Shown here one piece after another: positions 16,096 through 25,228 of a stretch of DNA of 64,000 nucleotides. The DNA lies in the IMG/VR virus record IMGVR_UViG_3300019487_000005, positions 1 through 64,000 of that record, one strand, 5' to 3'. The stretch comes from a virus. The translations under genes and the position numbers were made by a program. The stretch's first letter is position 1. Each line of letters starts with the position of its first letter. The notes under the pieces are model-generated. The model was not told the DNA's origin and did not search any database. It worked only from the letters and a program-made list of their open reading frames with translations.

Positions 16096-16461
16096 ATGAC
16101 CAAGAAAATCCTGGGATACAACATTCTCGGCCAGCCCATGTTTGAGCAAGCGGATGGCACAGTATCTACCGCTCGTACACTTACCGCTGTGGAAAAACGC
16201 GATATTCGGTATCGCGAGGAAATGAGGCGTTTTGAATGGCCAGGCGACGAACATTTTTTTGCGCCGCTCGCTAGTGAGAGGCTGATTGAAATATATAGGG
16301 GAGTGGAAGCCGCCCATCCTGGCGGCGGGTGGAAGATGCAATGGGTCGTCACTATGAAGGGTGGCCAGGGGATTCCGGCCAATTGCTATTACCCGCCTAA
16401 CGACGGTCCGGCCACAGCTGTTTTCGCGGATGGCTCCAGTAGCACGGACTGGGAAGCGTAG
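16096..16461 (+). CDS. hypothetical protein
   Basis: 121-aa ORF with a strong SD (AAAGGAGA). Confidence 0.6.
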   Translation: MTKKILGYNILGQPMFEQADGTVSTARTLTAVEKRDIRYREEMRRFEWPGDEHFFAPLASERLIEIYRGVEAAHPGGGWKMQWVVTMKGGQGIPANCYYPPNDGPATAVFADGSSSTDWEA

Positions 16462-16528
16462 AGAAAGGGAGATTACAAATTCCGAGGCTGATTGGCTTCG
16501 TTGGCCAATATATCGGACGAGCGAACTA

Positions 16529-16702
16529 ATGTCCACCAAACACACTCGCATATCAGTAATCGTAACGGAGAGAGAGAGCAAGTCTCTCCTCCGTGAGTGT
16601 CGAAACGGCGAAACCTTACCGGCCTTGATTCGCCGCAAGTTAAATCTTGTGCCTCTCAAACAGGGACCTCCGAAGGGCAACAAGAACGCTGCCAAGAAAT
16701 AG
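16529..16702 (+). CDS. possible ribbon-helix-helix small protein
   Basis: Internal ATG of ORF 16361..16702. TRISVIVTERESKSLLRE fits a beta-strand/helix pattern. Basic tail GPPKGNKNAAKK. Confidence 0.4.
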   Translation: MSTKHTRISVIVTERESKSLLRECRNGETLPALIRRKLNLVPLKQGPPKGNKNAAKK

Positions 16703-16875
16703 ATACTTCTTTCCCGCCTTAAAACGTAAATCCTCCAATTAGCCTACTCTCTTACTAGGGCGCGCAGCCCTATCTTGTGTTCCTTTCATGCACCGAGTGG
16801 CCTTCGTTTGGAAGTCGGGGGCACTTCAACCTATCTGCGAGGGCCAACCATATGCTAGGCAAGGAGCCAGCAGTC

Positions 16876-17487
16876 TTAGCACTGACGGAAAGGACGACTA
16901 AGGGCTTTGTCTACGCCCCAATGAGCAATTCTCCATTCAATTGTCCCTCGCGAGACATGAAAATAGTTGCCCCACCCCGCGAGCGTCCGTGTTTCACCGT
17001 TGAACGTGATAAGTCGATTGTTAGATTTATTATTAGACTGCTCTTGCCATGTAGCCCATTTACAATTATCAGGCGAGTAGCCCAAGTGGTTGTTCTTGCG
17101 CTCAAGGGTATGAGTTGGAGAAGGGCGCGGCCCCATGTCTTGGAAAAACGCCTCAAACGAGTTTCGCCATTCATCACAGACGCTAATACCGCGTCCGCCA
17201 TAACGTGCAAACGCATGATTGTTCGGATTAAGACATCGATCTCTCAGTTGATTCCACACCCAATATTCAGGAGCCTTGCTCATATTGTGGGTCCGATTCT
17301 TGGGCGGGCCTTGTCGGAGACACCCACAAGATTTAGTTATGCCAGTTTGCAGTTTATAGGAGTTAACCGTGGTGGTAGTTCCGCAGTCGCATGTACAGAG
17401 CCATTGGGTGCGCTTGTTGATTATACAAAAACTAACAGCAGTCAAGCGGCCGAATCGTTTTCCCGTGATATTGTTAAGTTTAGTCAT
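16876..17487 (-). CDS. free-standing homing-endonuclease-like protein (zinc-ribbon plus YGGRGI motif family)
   Basis: GKRFGRLTAV...WLCTCDCGTTTTV...SCGC...YGGRGISVCDEWRNSFEAFFQDMGPRP...NCKWAT. Opposite strand to all neighbours. SD AGGAG. Confidence 0.7.
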   Translation of the reverse strand: MTKLNNITGKRFGRLTAVSFCIINKRTQWLCTCDCGTTTTVNSYKLQTGITKSCGCLRQGPPKNRTHNMSKAPEYWVWNQLRDRCLNPNNHAFARYGGRGISVCDEWRNSFEAFFQDMGPRPSPTHTLERKNNHLGYSPDNCKWATWQEQSNNKSNNRLITFNGETRTLAGWGNYFHVSRGTIEWRIAHWGVDKALSRPFRQC

Positions 17488-17591
17488 GGCGTGAATCTCC
17501 TGAATAGATTTGCGTCGTGGTTAGGCTCGTCCGTTGCTTATAACAACGTTCGAGCCGTTTCTATTTTAACATAGAAAAGGAGTTAGCTTAC

Positions 17592-17870
17592 ATGGTTGGA
17601 AAAGAGCCGGCAGTGGTTTTTGGAGCGATTTCTGAATTACTGAGACAGCTAATCCCAATGTTGATCGTCTTTGGGTTTATTAACTGGACAGATGTTCAGA
17701 TAGGTGCCGTATTTTCGTTTTCTAGTGCGGTAATTGCCGTGCTAACCGTTTTGCTTACTCGTGCCGCCAGTGTATCCACAGAGACAGCTAACAAGCAGAT
17801 CGAGGTGGCGGTGAAGCAGCCGATAGGGACGCCGGTGGAAAAGGTAATTGAGATAGCCAAGGAGACTTAA
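17592..17870 (+). CDS. two-TM membrane protein (holin-like)
   Basis: TM segments LIPMLIVFGFI and IGAVFSFSSAVIAVLTVLL. Strong SD AAAGGAG. Confidence 0.5.
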   Translation: MVGKEPAVVFGAISELLRQLIPMLIVFGFINWTDVQIGAVFSFSSAVIAVLTVLLTRAASVSTETANKQIEVAVKQPIGTPVEKVIEIAKET

Positions 17871-18328
17871 TGCAGCGTCGGCACGTCATTTCTTTAATCC
17901 TGGTTCTTTCGCTTGCTTGTCTGGCGCCGAAGTGTGGATCAAACAAAGTCCGGGAAGCCAGTAAAGCAAGTGACAGGATTGCCACTCTGATTGGCTCCAT
18001 GATCGATCTCAAAAGGGATTTGGGAGTGATAGGCCCGCAGGGCGGGGGGATCAGTCCGGCAGAAGAACTGAAGCTAACTGAGTGGTTGTTGAAGGTAAAT
18101 ACTGCGACAAAGCAGTTTACAGCGAAGGCCAGAACGCTTTCTGAGGATTCTCCGACTACCAAGCTGGAGCTGGCGAGCGCGTTTAATTCAGTGACCACGG
18201 CGGTAAATAGTTTGAGCAATCAGGCGATCTTCCCGATCAGGAATCCAGAAGCGAAAGCGAAGTTTCTAGCTTTGTTGAACAGTGTAAATGCCAGTATCCA
18301 GATCATTGATACGGCTTTAAGGAGTTGA
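17870..18328 (+). CDS. secreted or possible lipoprotein
   Basis: Signal-like N-terminus MQRRHVISLILVLSLACLAPKCG. The lipobox is imperfect. Confidence 0.5.
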   Translation: MQRRHVISLILVLSLACLAPKCGSNKVREASKASDRIATLIGSMIDLKRDLGVIGPQGGGISPAEELKLTEWLLKVNTATKQFTAKARTLSEDSPTTKLELASAFNSVTTAVNSLSNQAIFPIRNPEAKAKFLALLNSVNASIQIIDTALRS

Positions 18329-18329
18329 G

Positions 18330-18521
18330 ATGGCTGACTGGGTGATATTGGGGCCGATGTTGGCCAAGATTTTAGCGGACTTCATTGCTGCCGAACGATC
18401 TCGATCTGGCTTGAGTACCCAAGAAATATTCGAGCGAGCAGGGCGTCAACTAGATCAAAACGAAGTCAAGCTTCTTGAAGATCTTGAACGGTTACAGGGA
18501 GCCGAGGAACCAACTGAGTAA
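18330..18521 (+). CDS. hypothetical protein
   Basis: 63-aa ORF, tightly packed against its neighbours. Confidence 0.5.
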   Translation: MADWVILGPMLAKILADFIAAERSRSGLSTQEIFERAGRQLDQNEVKLLEDLERLQGAEEPTE

Positions 18522-18754
18522 TGGCGTGGATTGATTTAAACATGAGATTCGGTCCTTGGATGCTCACAGACGAACCAGCGTTAGAGCCTGGTCCTCAAGA
18601 AGTAAATGTAGGGCAACAAATTCCAATGCATCGGCGGATTGGGGATTTAATTACCGAAGCCAAGCAGAAAACCTCACTTGATAACCGTTGGAAACCCATC
18701 GTTGAGCAGCTTACCCGGGCAGGCGCCGGAGCGTGGGAGGTTGAAGGAGATTGA
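18521..18754 (+). CDS. hypothetical protein
   Basis: 77-aa ORF with a TAATG overlap. Confidence 0.5.
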   Translation: MAWIDLNMRFGPWMLTDEPALEPGPQEVNVGQQIPMHRRIGDLITEAKQKTSLDNRWKPIVEQLTRAGAGAWEVEGD

Positions 18755-18755
18755 A

Positions 18756-19091
18756 ATGAGCGCAGAATTAGGTACGTCAAGCAGTCTTAATTATATTTCC
18801 TCTAATAGCCCCAACTCGGCTACGTTTAACGGTTATTCCTGTTCACTATGCGGCGTGTGGGTGGTTTCTGGATTTCTACACACATGCGTATTAATTACGT
18901 CAACCCAGTGGTTGTTTTGCAGTCGCTGTGGAGCGTATTACTTGGACTCGCATGTTTGCTTGTCACCATCACTTGCGATAGATCGAACGCTTCATAAGTG
19001 CCCTTGTTGTGATGGTTGGGGTGAACGTTCACTTGAGGAACAAAAGCGAACGTGTAAATCATGCAATGGCACAGGCGTGCTATGGAGTTAA
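18756..19091 (+). CDS. Cys-rich protein with C-terminal DnaJ-type zinc finger
   Basis: ATG 18756 follows GGAGGTTGAAGGAG. CPCCDGWG ... CKSCNGTG. Confidence 0.55.
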   Translation: MSAELGTSSSLNYISSNSPNSATFNGYSCSLCGVWVVSGFLHTCVLITSTQWLFCSRCGAYYLDSHVCLSPSLAIDRTLHKCPCCDGWGERSLEEQKRTCKSCNGTGVLWS

Positions 19092-19094
19092 GTT

Positions 19095-19403
19095 ATGAAC
19101 CTCACCGACAAGCTTTCTGACGTGGTGCCGTGGGTGAAGTCAGAAGCTAATCCAAAACAGAAGGTAATCCCGACACACATGAGTTATCTACAGGACGAAC
19201 TCGACTCGTTTGATAAAACTCTTTCTCTACTGGAAGAGAAGTTAAATCCGGTGCTGAGTCCAAAGCTTGACGATGCACCAATCACCCATGCCTCGGATCC
19301 GGTGCCGGTCGTTCCCTTTGCGGCGTCGGTGCAGGAGAAAGCTTGGGCGTTGAAGCAACTCAGAGCGCGGGTAGAGGCTTTGAGTAAGCGGATTGAAATT
19401 TAG
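19095..19403 (+). CDS. hypothetical protein
   Basis: 102-aa ORF. Confidence 0.55.
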   Translation: MNLTDKLSDVVPWVKSEANPKQKVIPTHMSYLQDELDSFDKTLSLLEEKLNPVLSPKLDDAPITHASDPVPVVPFAASVQEKAWALKQLRARVEALSKRIEI

Positions 19404-19809
19404 GGGTTTGGCGGTGTCTTTGTGAATCTTGGCAACTAGATTCGGGTAAGGAGCAGGGATGCCGCCAAAGCAAGTTTGGCGATAACTCTCCACTGGTAGC
19501 CGGGGAGCGTAGAACTTAGATCAGCTATTTGGATAGTCGGTTGATCTCCGCACGCTTCATCATTCCTTTCGACCAAGAACACCGGAGAAGGTGGAACGGT
19601 TATCGCCAAAGATATTTCGGGGATGCGCCGAGATCGGGAGGGGCTAAGCGAAAAGCCTCTTGATTATACGGGAGACATCGCATCCCCGTCCAGAATTCGC
19701 GGGGGCTATAGGAGAGGAGCACATCGGGGAGACGGGGAGATTTCCAAATGTGTTTATCGGTAGTTCCCGCGGATGATTCACCAAACAGCCCAGTTGAAGG
19801 TGAACGTGA

Positions 19810-20199
19810 TTGAAACTAAAGAGCAGGCTCAGGGAGATCCTTACGGCACCCGCATTGGGCCCGTCAGAAATTATTTTGGGATGTACCACAGCAGCCTATG
19901 GCCTCGGCTTATTGCTTCCGGCGGCGGAATTCACGCAGGCCGTAAATATGGCAACGTTCAGCGAACCCATCTGGGGAGTGATTTTTTTGACTGTGGGACT
20001 GACAAGGGTATTGAGTGTGTGTGCAGGCCACTATCCCGGCAGAGTGATCCTGACAATGTTGTCCATCGGACTTTGGGTGTATCTATGGGGCTCCTTTCTT
20101 GCCGCCAGTTCGTGGGCATCATGGACACCCCGCGTATGCGTCCTTTTTTCTTGGATACTCGCCGAGTCGTGGACGTTATTTCGAATCAGCAGGGAATAA
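19810..20199 (+). CDS. polytopic membrane protein (about 4 TM)
   Basis: TTG start. Hydrophobic helices throughout. I prefer this to the N-terminal 143 aa of the overlapping ORF 19773..20693, whose composition looks non-genic. Confidence 0.45.
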   Translation: MKLKSRLREILTAPALGPSEIILGCTTAAYGLGLLLPAAEFTQAVNMATFSEPIWGVIFLTVGLTRVLSVCAGHYPGRVILTMLSIGLWVYLWGSFLAASSWASWTPRVCVLFSWILAESWTLFRISRE

Positions 20200-20201
20200 G
20201 G

Positions 20202-20693
20202 ATGCCGCCTGTATATCTGCTGGCAGCGGTGGGGTCAACAATCTTTCTTTTGATTTCCGGCGACTGGTGGGGAGAAATCAGAGGGGCGGTTGCTATTGCT
20301 ATTCCTTTAATTCTCTATATTTTACGTGAGCGGGCCCGACAGAAACGGAATTCACAGATGGAGCAGTTGCAGACTACGGACTCGTACTTAAAGCTGACGG
20401 GCGACAGAGAAAGGAGACTGGAAGAGCGGGAGAGTCGTTTAAGAGAAGATGAACGAGAGTTTTTCTTACAGCAATTGGCGATCTCGCGTTCGCGCAGTCA
20501 CGTACTGGCGGGTGGTTACATGGCGATGGAACTAGCTTGTGATCGGTTGATCGAAGTCTTGAGGGAGCATGAGATTGAGATACCGAATGAGATCATGGCC
20601 CAGCGGACTCGAGGACGGGTATTGAATCAATTGCAAGTCCTGGAAGAGAAAGAAGTCAATCTTCACAACACGGATCCACAGAAAGGACACTAA
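20202..20693 (+). CDS. membrane protein with C-terminal coiled coil
   Basis: ATG 20202 lies 2 nt after the upstream TAA and is preceded by AGGGA. Two TM segments, then an E/R-rich coil. Confidence 0.5.
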   Translation: MPPVYLLAAVGSTIFLLISGDWWGEIRGAVAIAIPLILYILRERARQKRNSQMEQLQTTDSYLKLTGDRERRLEERESRLREDEREFFLQQLAISRSRSHVLAGGYMAMELACDRLIEVLREHEIEIPNEIMAQRTRGRVLNQLQVLEEKEVNLHNTDPQKGH

Positions 20694-20695
20694 TT

Positions 20696-20815
20696 ATGCA
20701 GAATGAAGAAGAAGTTAAGCCCGAATCAGAAACATCTGAAGAGAGTGAAGCGGTGCCGACAGAAGGAGCAGAAGGCGAAGCGGCTGAAGCAGAAGCCAGT
20801 GAAACGAGTGAATGA
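20696..20815 (+). CDS. possible 39-aa highly acidic peptide
   Basis: MQNEEEVKPESETSEESEAV.... ATGA overlap with the next gene. Confidence 0.3.
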   Translation: MQNEEEVKPESETSEESEAVPTEGAEGEAAEAEASETSE

Positions 20816-21990
20816 AACTTAGCCTGGTCGCAGTTTGCTGTTTGTTCTTGGGGATGATGATTTCGTTTTCGTCCTCGGCCCAAGATCCGTGTGTTTGTCC
20901 TTGCCCGACGCCAAGTCCTACGCCCACCAGTACGCCTACGCCAACGGCAACTTCTACTCCAACTCCTACTCCTACGCCAACACCGACTCCCACCAGTACG
21001 CCCACCCCAACACCTACGCCGGAACCGATAGGCGGGGCGATTTACTACGTCTCGCCTACTGGTAACGACTCTAACTCAGGAGATTTATCGCGGCCGTTCA
21101 GGACGATAGCCAAAGGGATCTCCGCGGCTCGAGCCGGGGACGCGGTGTATGTTCGTGAAGGGGTTTATACAGAGAACGTCTCGGTGACCAAGAGCGGCAC
21201 ACCTACACAGAGAGTCCTGATAGCGAACTATCCGGGTGAGCGGCCGATTCTTCGTGGACTACAGCGGTTTGTATTTAATTACGTAACCTGGCGGGGAGTG
21301 CACCTGACCTGGAATACGGGAGGGTATTCCGATCACATGGTGAAGTTTGTCGGCGGGACAGGATGGATCTTGGAGCAGACGGAAGTGTTTGGAGCGCGTT
21401 CGTTTGCGAACATCTTAGTCGCGACTCGCCCGAGTGATTGGGTGATCAGAAATAACTGGATCTACGACACCTGGGGTGGTGAGTCAAACATCTTTCGGTC
21501 GCACAACTTGTATATCAACACAGAACTGAACGCAGGATCGGGATTGATTGAAGGGAACGTGATCTTTAACGCGCCTCATGGGTGCAATGTGAAATTGGCT
21601 GGTCCGGGAGGGCCGGGAGGCGGATCGGCAAACGTGACTGTGAGGTACAACACGATCTACCAGGGGATTCAGCCGGTGTTGATTGGGGATGGATCGAAGA
21701 ACAACTTAATCGAATACAACATTATTGGCAGAGGGATCAGGCCGGACGGGAAGAGTTACTTACTGCGTCTCTATCAATTAGTTGGAGTCAACAATATCGT
21801 CAGAAACAATCTGGGTTTTGACGCTGATATGTGGTGTTCTGACTACAACGGAGGGAACTTTAAATGTTCCGGGGTTGACGGGGGAGGAAATCTATTTCCT
21901 CTAGATCCTGACTTTGATTCAACGAGTGTGGGAGGGTTCAGGCCGGGGAATCCTCAGGCTCAGAATTATGGAGCGTTTGCGCCGCGATGA
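20812..21990 (+). CDS. secreted right-handed beta-helix (pectate-lyase-fold) protein, putative polysaccharide depolymerase
   Basis: Signal peptide MKLSLVAVCCLFLGMMISFSSSAQD, (TP)n linker, then IYYVSPTGNDSNSGDLSRPFRTIAKGISAARAGDAVYVREGVY. Confidence 0.7.
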   Translation: MKLSLVAVCCLFLGMMISFSSSAQDPCVCPCPTPSPTPTSTPTPTATSTPTPTPTPTPTPTSTPTPTPTPEPIGGAIYYVSPTGNDSNSGDLSRPFRTIAKGISAARAGDAVYVREGVYTENVSVTKSGTPTQRVLIANYPGERPILRGLQRFVFNYVTWRGVHLTWNTGGYSDHMVKFVGGTGWILEQTEVFGARSFANILVATRPSDWVIRNNWIYDTWGGESNIFRSHNLYINTELNAGSGLIEGNVIFNAPHGCNVKLAGPGGPGGGSANVTVRYNTIYQGIQPVLIGDGSKNNLIEYNIIGRGIRPDGKSYLLRLYQLVGVNNIVRNNLGFDADMWCSDYNGGNFKCSGVDGGGNLFPLDPDFDSTSVGGFRPGNPQAQNYGAFAPR

Positions 21991-22002
21991 ACTGAGTTTT
22001 AG

Positions 22003-22728
22003 ATGGCTATTATAGCAACGCATTTGACCACGGACAGAAGTTTAACAGATGGCACGGAATTCACGACTGCCTCGATCTCCCCAGCCTCGAATGCCTTGGT
22101 GCTATTGTTGGTTAGAGGGAGGAGATCAAATGGGCTGGGTTCTTCGCCAACAGTTTCTGGTAATGGACTGACGTGGGTGGAGATTGTCTCGGTAGGGTTT
22201 GAGTTAGTCAGCACAGGTTGGTGTCGTTTGTCTTTATTTCGGGCTATGGGTGTCTCCCCTTCCTCCGGAACTGTAAGCATCAATTATTCAGGTGGGAATT
22301 TAAATTGTTGTTTCTGGTCTATTGTGCAGTTTGAGGGAGTGGACACCTCAGGCACAAATGGCTCTGGGGCGGTAATCCAATCGGCCACCAATGCTCAGGA
22401 TTCAGGCACTACGTTAACAGTGACTTTAAGTGCGTTCTCTGATCCGGGCAATGCCACTTATGGCGGGTTCTCAATTTCCAAGGCCACTGAAGCGATAAAT
22501 CCTGGCTCGGGCTTTACTGAGTTTGCTGAGGCACAAGGGACAGGAACGAGCGCGGATTCGGGAACAATCCAGAGTGAGTATTTACTAGGAAATGATACTT
22601 CGGTTGACGCGTCATGGGCCACAAGTGCCAATGATTCTGGGGGCATTGCCGTGGAAATTAAGGCGGCACTAGCAGCAGCAGTCCCCTGGGATCGTCCACA
22701 ACAGTTCAGTCAACTTTTAGCGCAGTGA
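22003..22728 (+). CDS. hypothetical protein
   Basis: 241-aa ORF. Confidence 0.55.
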   Translation: MAIIATHLTTDRSLTDGTEFTTASISPASNALVLLLVRGRRSNGLGSSPTVSGNGLTWVEIVSVGFELVSTGWCRLSLFRAMGVSPSSGTVSINYSGGNLNCCFWSIVQFEGVDTSGTNGSGAVIQSATNAQDSGTTLTVTLSAFSDPGNATYGGFSISKATEAINPGSGFTEFAEAQGTGTSADSGTIQSEYLLGNDTSVDASWATSANDSGGIAVEIKAALAAAVPWDRPQQFSQLLAQ

Positions 22729-22735
22729 GAAGAGT

Positions 22736-23242
22736 ATGACAGGCAGAATTTATGCGGCCTCGGCTGAGAATCTCACGCTTGGCACTGGAAATGTTTTGAT
22801 TGCCCTTCGTACTGCCACGGGAGTGAACGCGGCCTCGATCCTCGGAATCAAGCGGGTAGAGATAGCGCAGAATGGAACGACTACGAGCGCCCAGATTCGG
22901 GGGGCGTTTTCTACGCGAAACACTTCTGGGACATTGACTACTACGTCAGTGACGCCAGCAAACCTATCGGTGGTGACAGGACCATCGTCGGGGCTAAGCG
23001 GAAACACCAGCGTGATCGGGGCAGCGGCCCGGATTGGGGTGAACTCCTCAGCGGATTCTGGGGGTACTTATACCGATCATCTGCATTTCAATTTTAATAA
23101 TCTGAATGGGTTTCTTTGGGTACCGACGCCTGAAGAAACAATTCTGGTTCCGCCTGATGTAGTGTGGTGTGTCAGGCTGCTGGCGACTCCGGGTACTACT
23201 TCAGGGTGGACAATTCTACTTATCTATCAAGAGCTTAACTAA
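22736..23242 (+). CDS. hypothetical protein
   Basis: 168-aa ORF. Confidence 0.55.
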   Translation: MTGRIYAASAENLTLGTGNVLIALRTATGVNAASILGIKRVEIAQNGTTTSAQIRGAFSTRNTSGTLTTTSVTPANLSVVTGPSSGLSGNTSVIGAAARIGVNSSADSGGTYTDHLHFNFNNLNGFLWVPTPEETILVPPDVVWCVRLLATPGTTSGWTILLIYQELN

Positions 23243-25225
23243 ATGGCGATCTGGCGCGGTCAACCTCCACCTCAACGGCCGCCGCGCAAGATTGCGCCTC
23301 TAGTCAGTCAGCCACAGACCTACGAAACTACTGTTTCCGGCTCAGTCTCTAGTTCCGCGTCTCTGGTTGAACAGGTAAATAAGGTTCTGAGTGCGTCGGC
23401 AACCTCTTCTGGCGTCTTACTCAGCTCTTTTGCCCGGTCACTTACTGCAACTCTAATTTCAAGTGGGTTATTAGCCTCTCAGGCTCAAAAGCTGTTTGCG
23501 GGAGCCCTGTCCCTTGCCGCTGTGGTGAGCTTTGTTCTTTCTCGTGTTTTTTTAGGGTCAATCTCTTTTGCGGGAACGCTGATTAACCAGTTTCAGCGGT
23601 TGTTTGCCGGGTCAATAAGCTCAGCCGGAAGCATTCTTAATTCCATCTCACGGATTGTTAGTGGAACCATTGCTTTAGCGGGTAGTTTGCTGAACTCGAT
23701 TGCCCGAGTATTCGTCGGCGCTCTGACCTCAGCCGGGGAGCTAACTGCGGTACGAATCATCCTTCTGGCTCTTGCTGGGGTGTTGAGCACAACGGGATCG
23801 TTAATCAAGCAAACAGCACGTCTTTTCCAGTCCGCGCTTGATTTCAGTGGGAGTGTAGTTAAGAGTGTTCAGCGAGTGCTCACAGCATCGCTGGCTTCCA
23901 GTGGGGTTTTAACAGCGGTTCGGATAATTGTCCTCACAGTCTCGGGTACGCTCAGCTCGAGCGGTGCATTACTCGGAACGGTCGGGAAATACCTTTCATC
24001 GGCCATTGATTCGGTTGGCGCCATCTCTAAGGCTGTGGCGCGTCTGCTTACTGCGTCTCTAGCATCTTCGGGCGCAGTAGCGAATATTCGAACAGTGCTC
24101 TTGGCCTTAAGTGGAACTCTTACGTCGGCTGGGAGTTTGATTCGTTCGGCACTCAAGAGCTTCACGTCGAGTGTGAGTTCCAGCGGTGTGCTGGAAGTTC
24201 TACGAATAGTTTATTTGAGCATTTCAGGGACTATTGCATCCAGTGCAACATTAGTTAAATTTGCGGGTCAGGCACTCACGGCAAGTATTACTCCTACGGC
24301 CACACTGGAAAACATAAAGACAGTTTTACTGGCTTTGAGTGGCGCGTTGACCTCGGCGGGAAGTGTTCTTAAAAGCACACTTCGAAATCTCTCGGCCTCT
24401 CTTTCTTCGAGTGGTGCTTTAGCGAATCTTCGTACTGCTGTGCTGAGCGTGGCAGGTTCGGTTTCCTCAACGGGGTCTCTTCTGAAGATGGTGGGTCGAG
24501 CCTTCGGTGCGGCGCTAGCTCTGAGTGCCACGCTGGATGTTCTCCGGTTAATAGTCAGGGTATTCAGTGGAACTTTAACGAGTAGTGGAACGCTGATTCA
24601 AAGCTTGCTGCGAGCATTTACGGCCTCGCTCAGCAGTGCTGGAACCTTAACTAAATCCCTGCTCCGAGCTTTCGCTGGAGTGATTGCTTCAAGTGGCGCA
24701 CTGACTCAGATAAAACTGGTTCTCTTAGCGGTGAGTGGAGCGATTGTTTCGGCTGGGAGTTTGCTGAACACTTCAGTGAAGACGTTCAGTGCTCAGATTA
24801 GCTCAGCAGGACAGATTCTAAAACACGGTTCCAGATTGATCAGTGGCTCTATGGCGTCTTCGGGGGCGATTAGCCAGGTACGAATGGTGTTCTTGGCGCT
24901 GGTCGCTTCTCTCGCTTCAGCGGGCAGCACGTCTTTGTCGGTTGGAAAGTTTTTTGTCGGCCAGCTTACTTCTGTGGGTGCTCTTTTGAAGTCGTTGGCG
25001 GTTCGGTTTGTCGGAGTTATCGGCAGTAGCGGTCTTGCTCTATTGGAGATCGTTGGAGTGGTCCCGTCGATTCAGCGGACGGTGATAGTCCTGAGGGATC
25101 TCAGACAGACTGCGGTTAAGGCAGTTAGTCGAACATTTAAGTTGGAAAATCGTGGAATAATGCGAGTGAGAGAAGATCCGCGCTCGACGCTGATCGAAGA
25201 AGACGATAGAGACGTGGAGGTTTGA
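23243..25225 (+). CDS. 660-aa Ser/Gly/Leu/Ala-rich tandem-repeat protein (about 28 units of 18-20 aa)
   Basis: Repeating pattern R-x-[FL]-x-[AG]-S-L-x-S-[SA]-G-x-L-x5. Charged C-terminal tail. Confidence 0.6.
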   Translation: MAIWRGQPPPQRPPRKIAPLVSQPQTYETTVSGSVSSSASLVEQVNKVLSASATSSGVLLSSFARSLTATLISSGLLASQAQKLFAGALSLAAVVSFVLSRVFLGSISFAGTLINQFQRLFAGSISSAGSILNSISRIVSGTIALAGSLLNSIARVFVGALTSAGELTAVRIILLALAGVLSTTGSLIKQTARLFQSALDFSGSVVKSVQRVLTASLASSGVLTAVRIIVLTVSGTLSSSGALLGTVGKYLSSAIDSVGAISKAVARLLTASLASSGAVANIRTVLLALSGTLTSAGSLIRSALKSFTSSVSSSGVLEVLRIVYLSISGTIASSATLVKFAGQALTASITPTATLENIKTVLLALSGALTSAGSVLKSTLRNLSASLSSSGALANLRTAVLSVAGSVSSTGSLLKMVGRAFGAALALSATLDVLRLIVRVFSGTLTSSGTLIQSLLRAFTASLSSAGTLTKSLLRAFAGVIASSGALTQIKLVLLAVSGAIVSAGSLLNTSVKTFSAQISSAGQILKHGSRLISGSMASSGAISQVRMVFLALVASLASAGSTSLSVGKFFVGQLTSVGALLKSLAVRFVGVIGSSGLALLEIVGVVPSIQRTVIVLRDLRQTAVKAVSRTFKLENRGIMRVREDPRSTLIEEDDRDVEV

Positions 25226-25228
25226 AAC

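Noticed and set aside
16777-17574. A 265-aa + strand ORF (and 16063..16695 on the minus strand).
   Set aside because: They mirror the 16876..17487 and 16096..16702 genes on the opposite strand and have no motifs. Only the first codons (MLGKEPAV) are informative, as a duplicated gene-start remnant.
19619-19687. A possible tRNA, because of the 7-bp GGGGATG/CATCCCC stem.
   Set aside because: No T-arm or D-arm can be drawn and the interior does not fit a cloverleaf. I kept it only as an unclassified structured element.
19773-20693. A single 306-aa gene.
   Set aside because: The first 143 aa have non-genic composition, while the overlapping frame (19810..20199) encodes clean TM helices and stops 2 nt before an SD-preceded ATG at 20202. 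I prefer the two-gene model, without certainty.
20715-21005. A minus-strand ORF encoding (GV)n.
   Set aside because: It is the antisense reading of the (Thr-Pro)n linker of the depolymerase gene.
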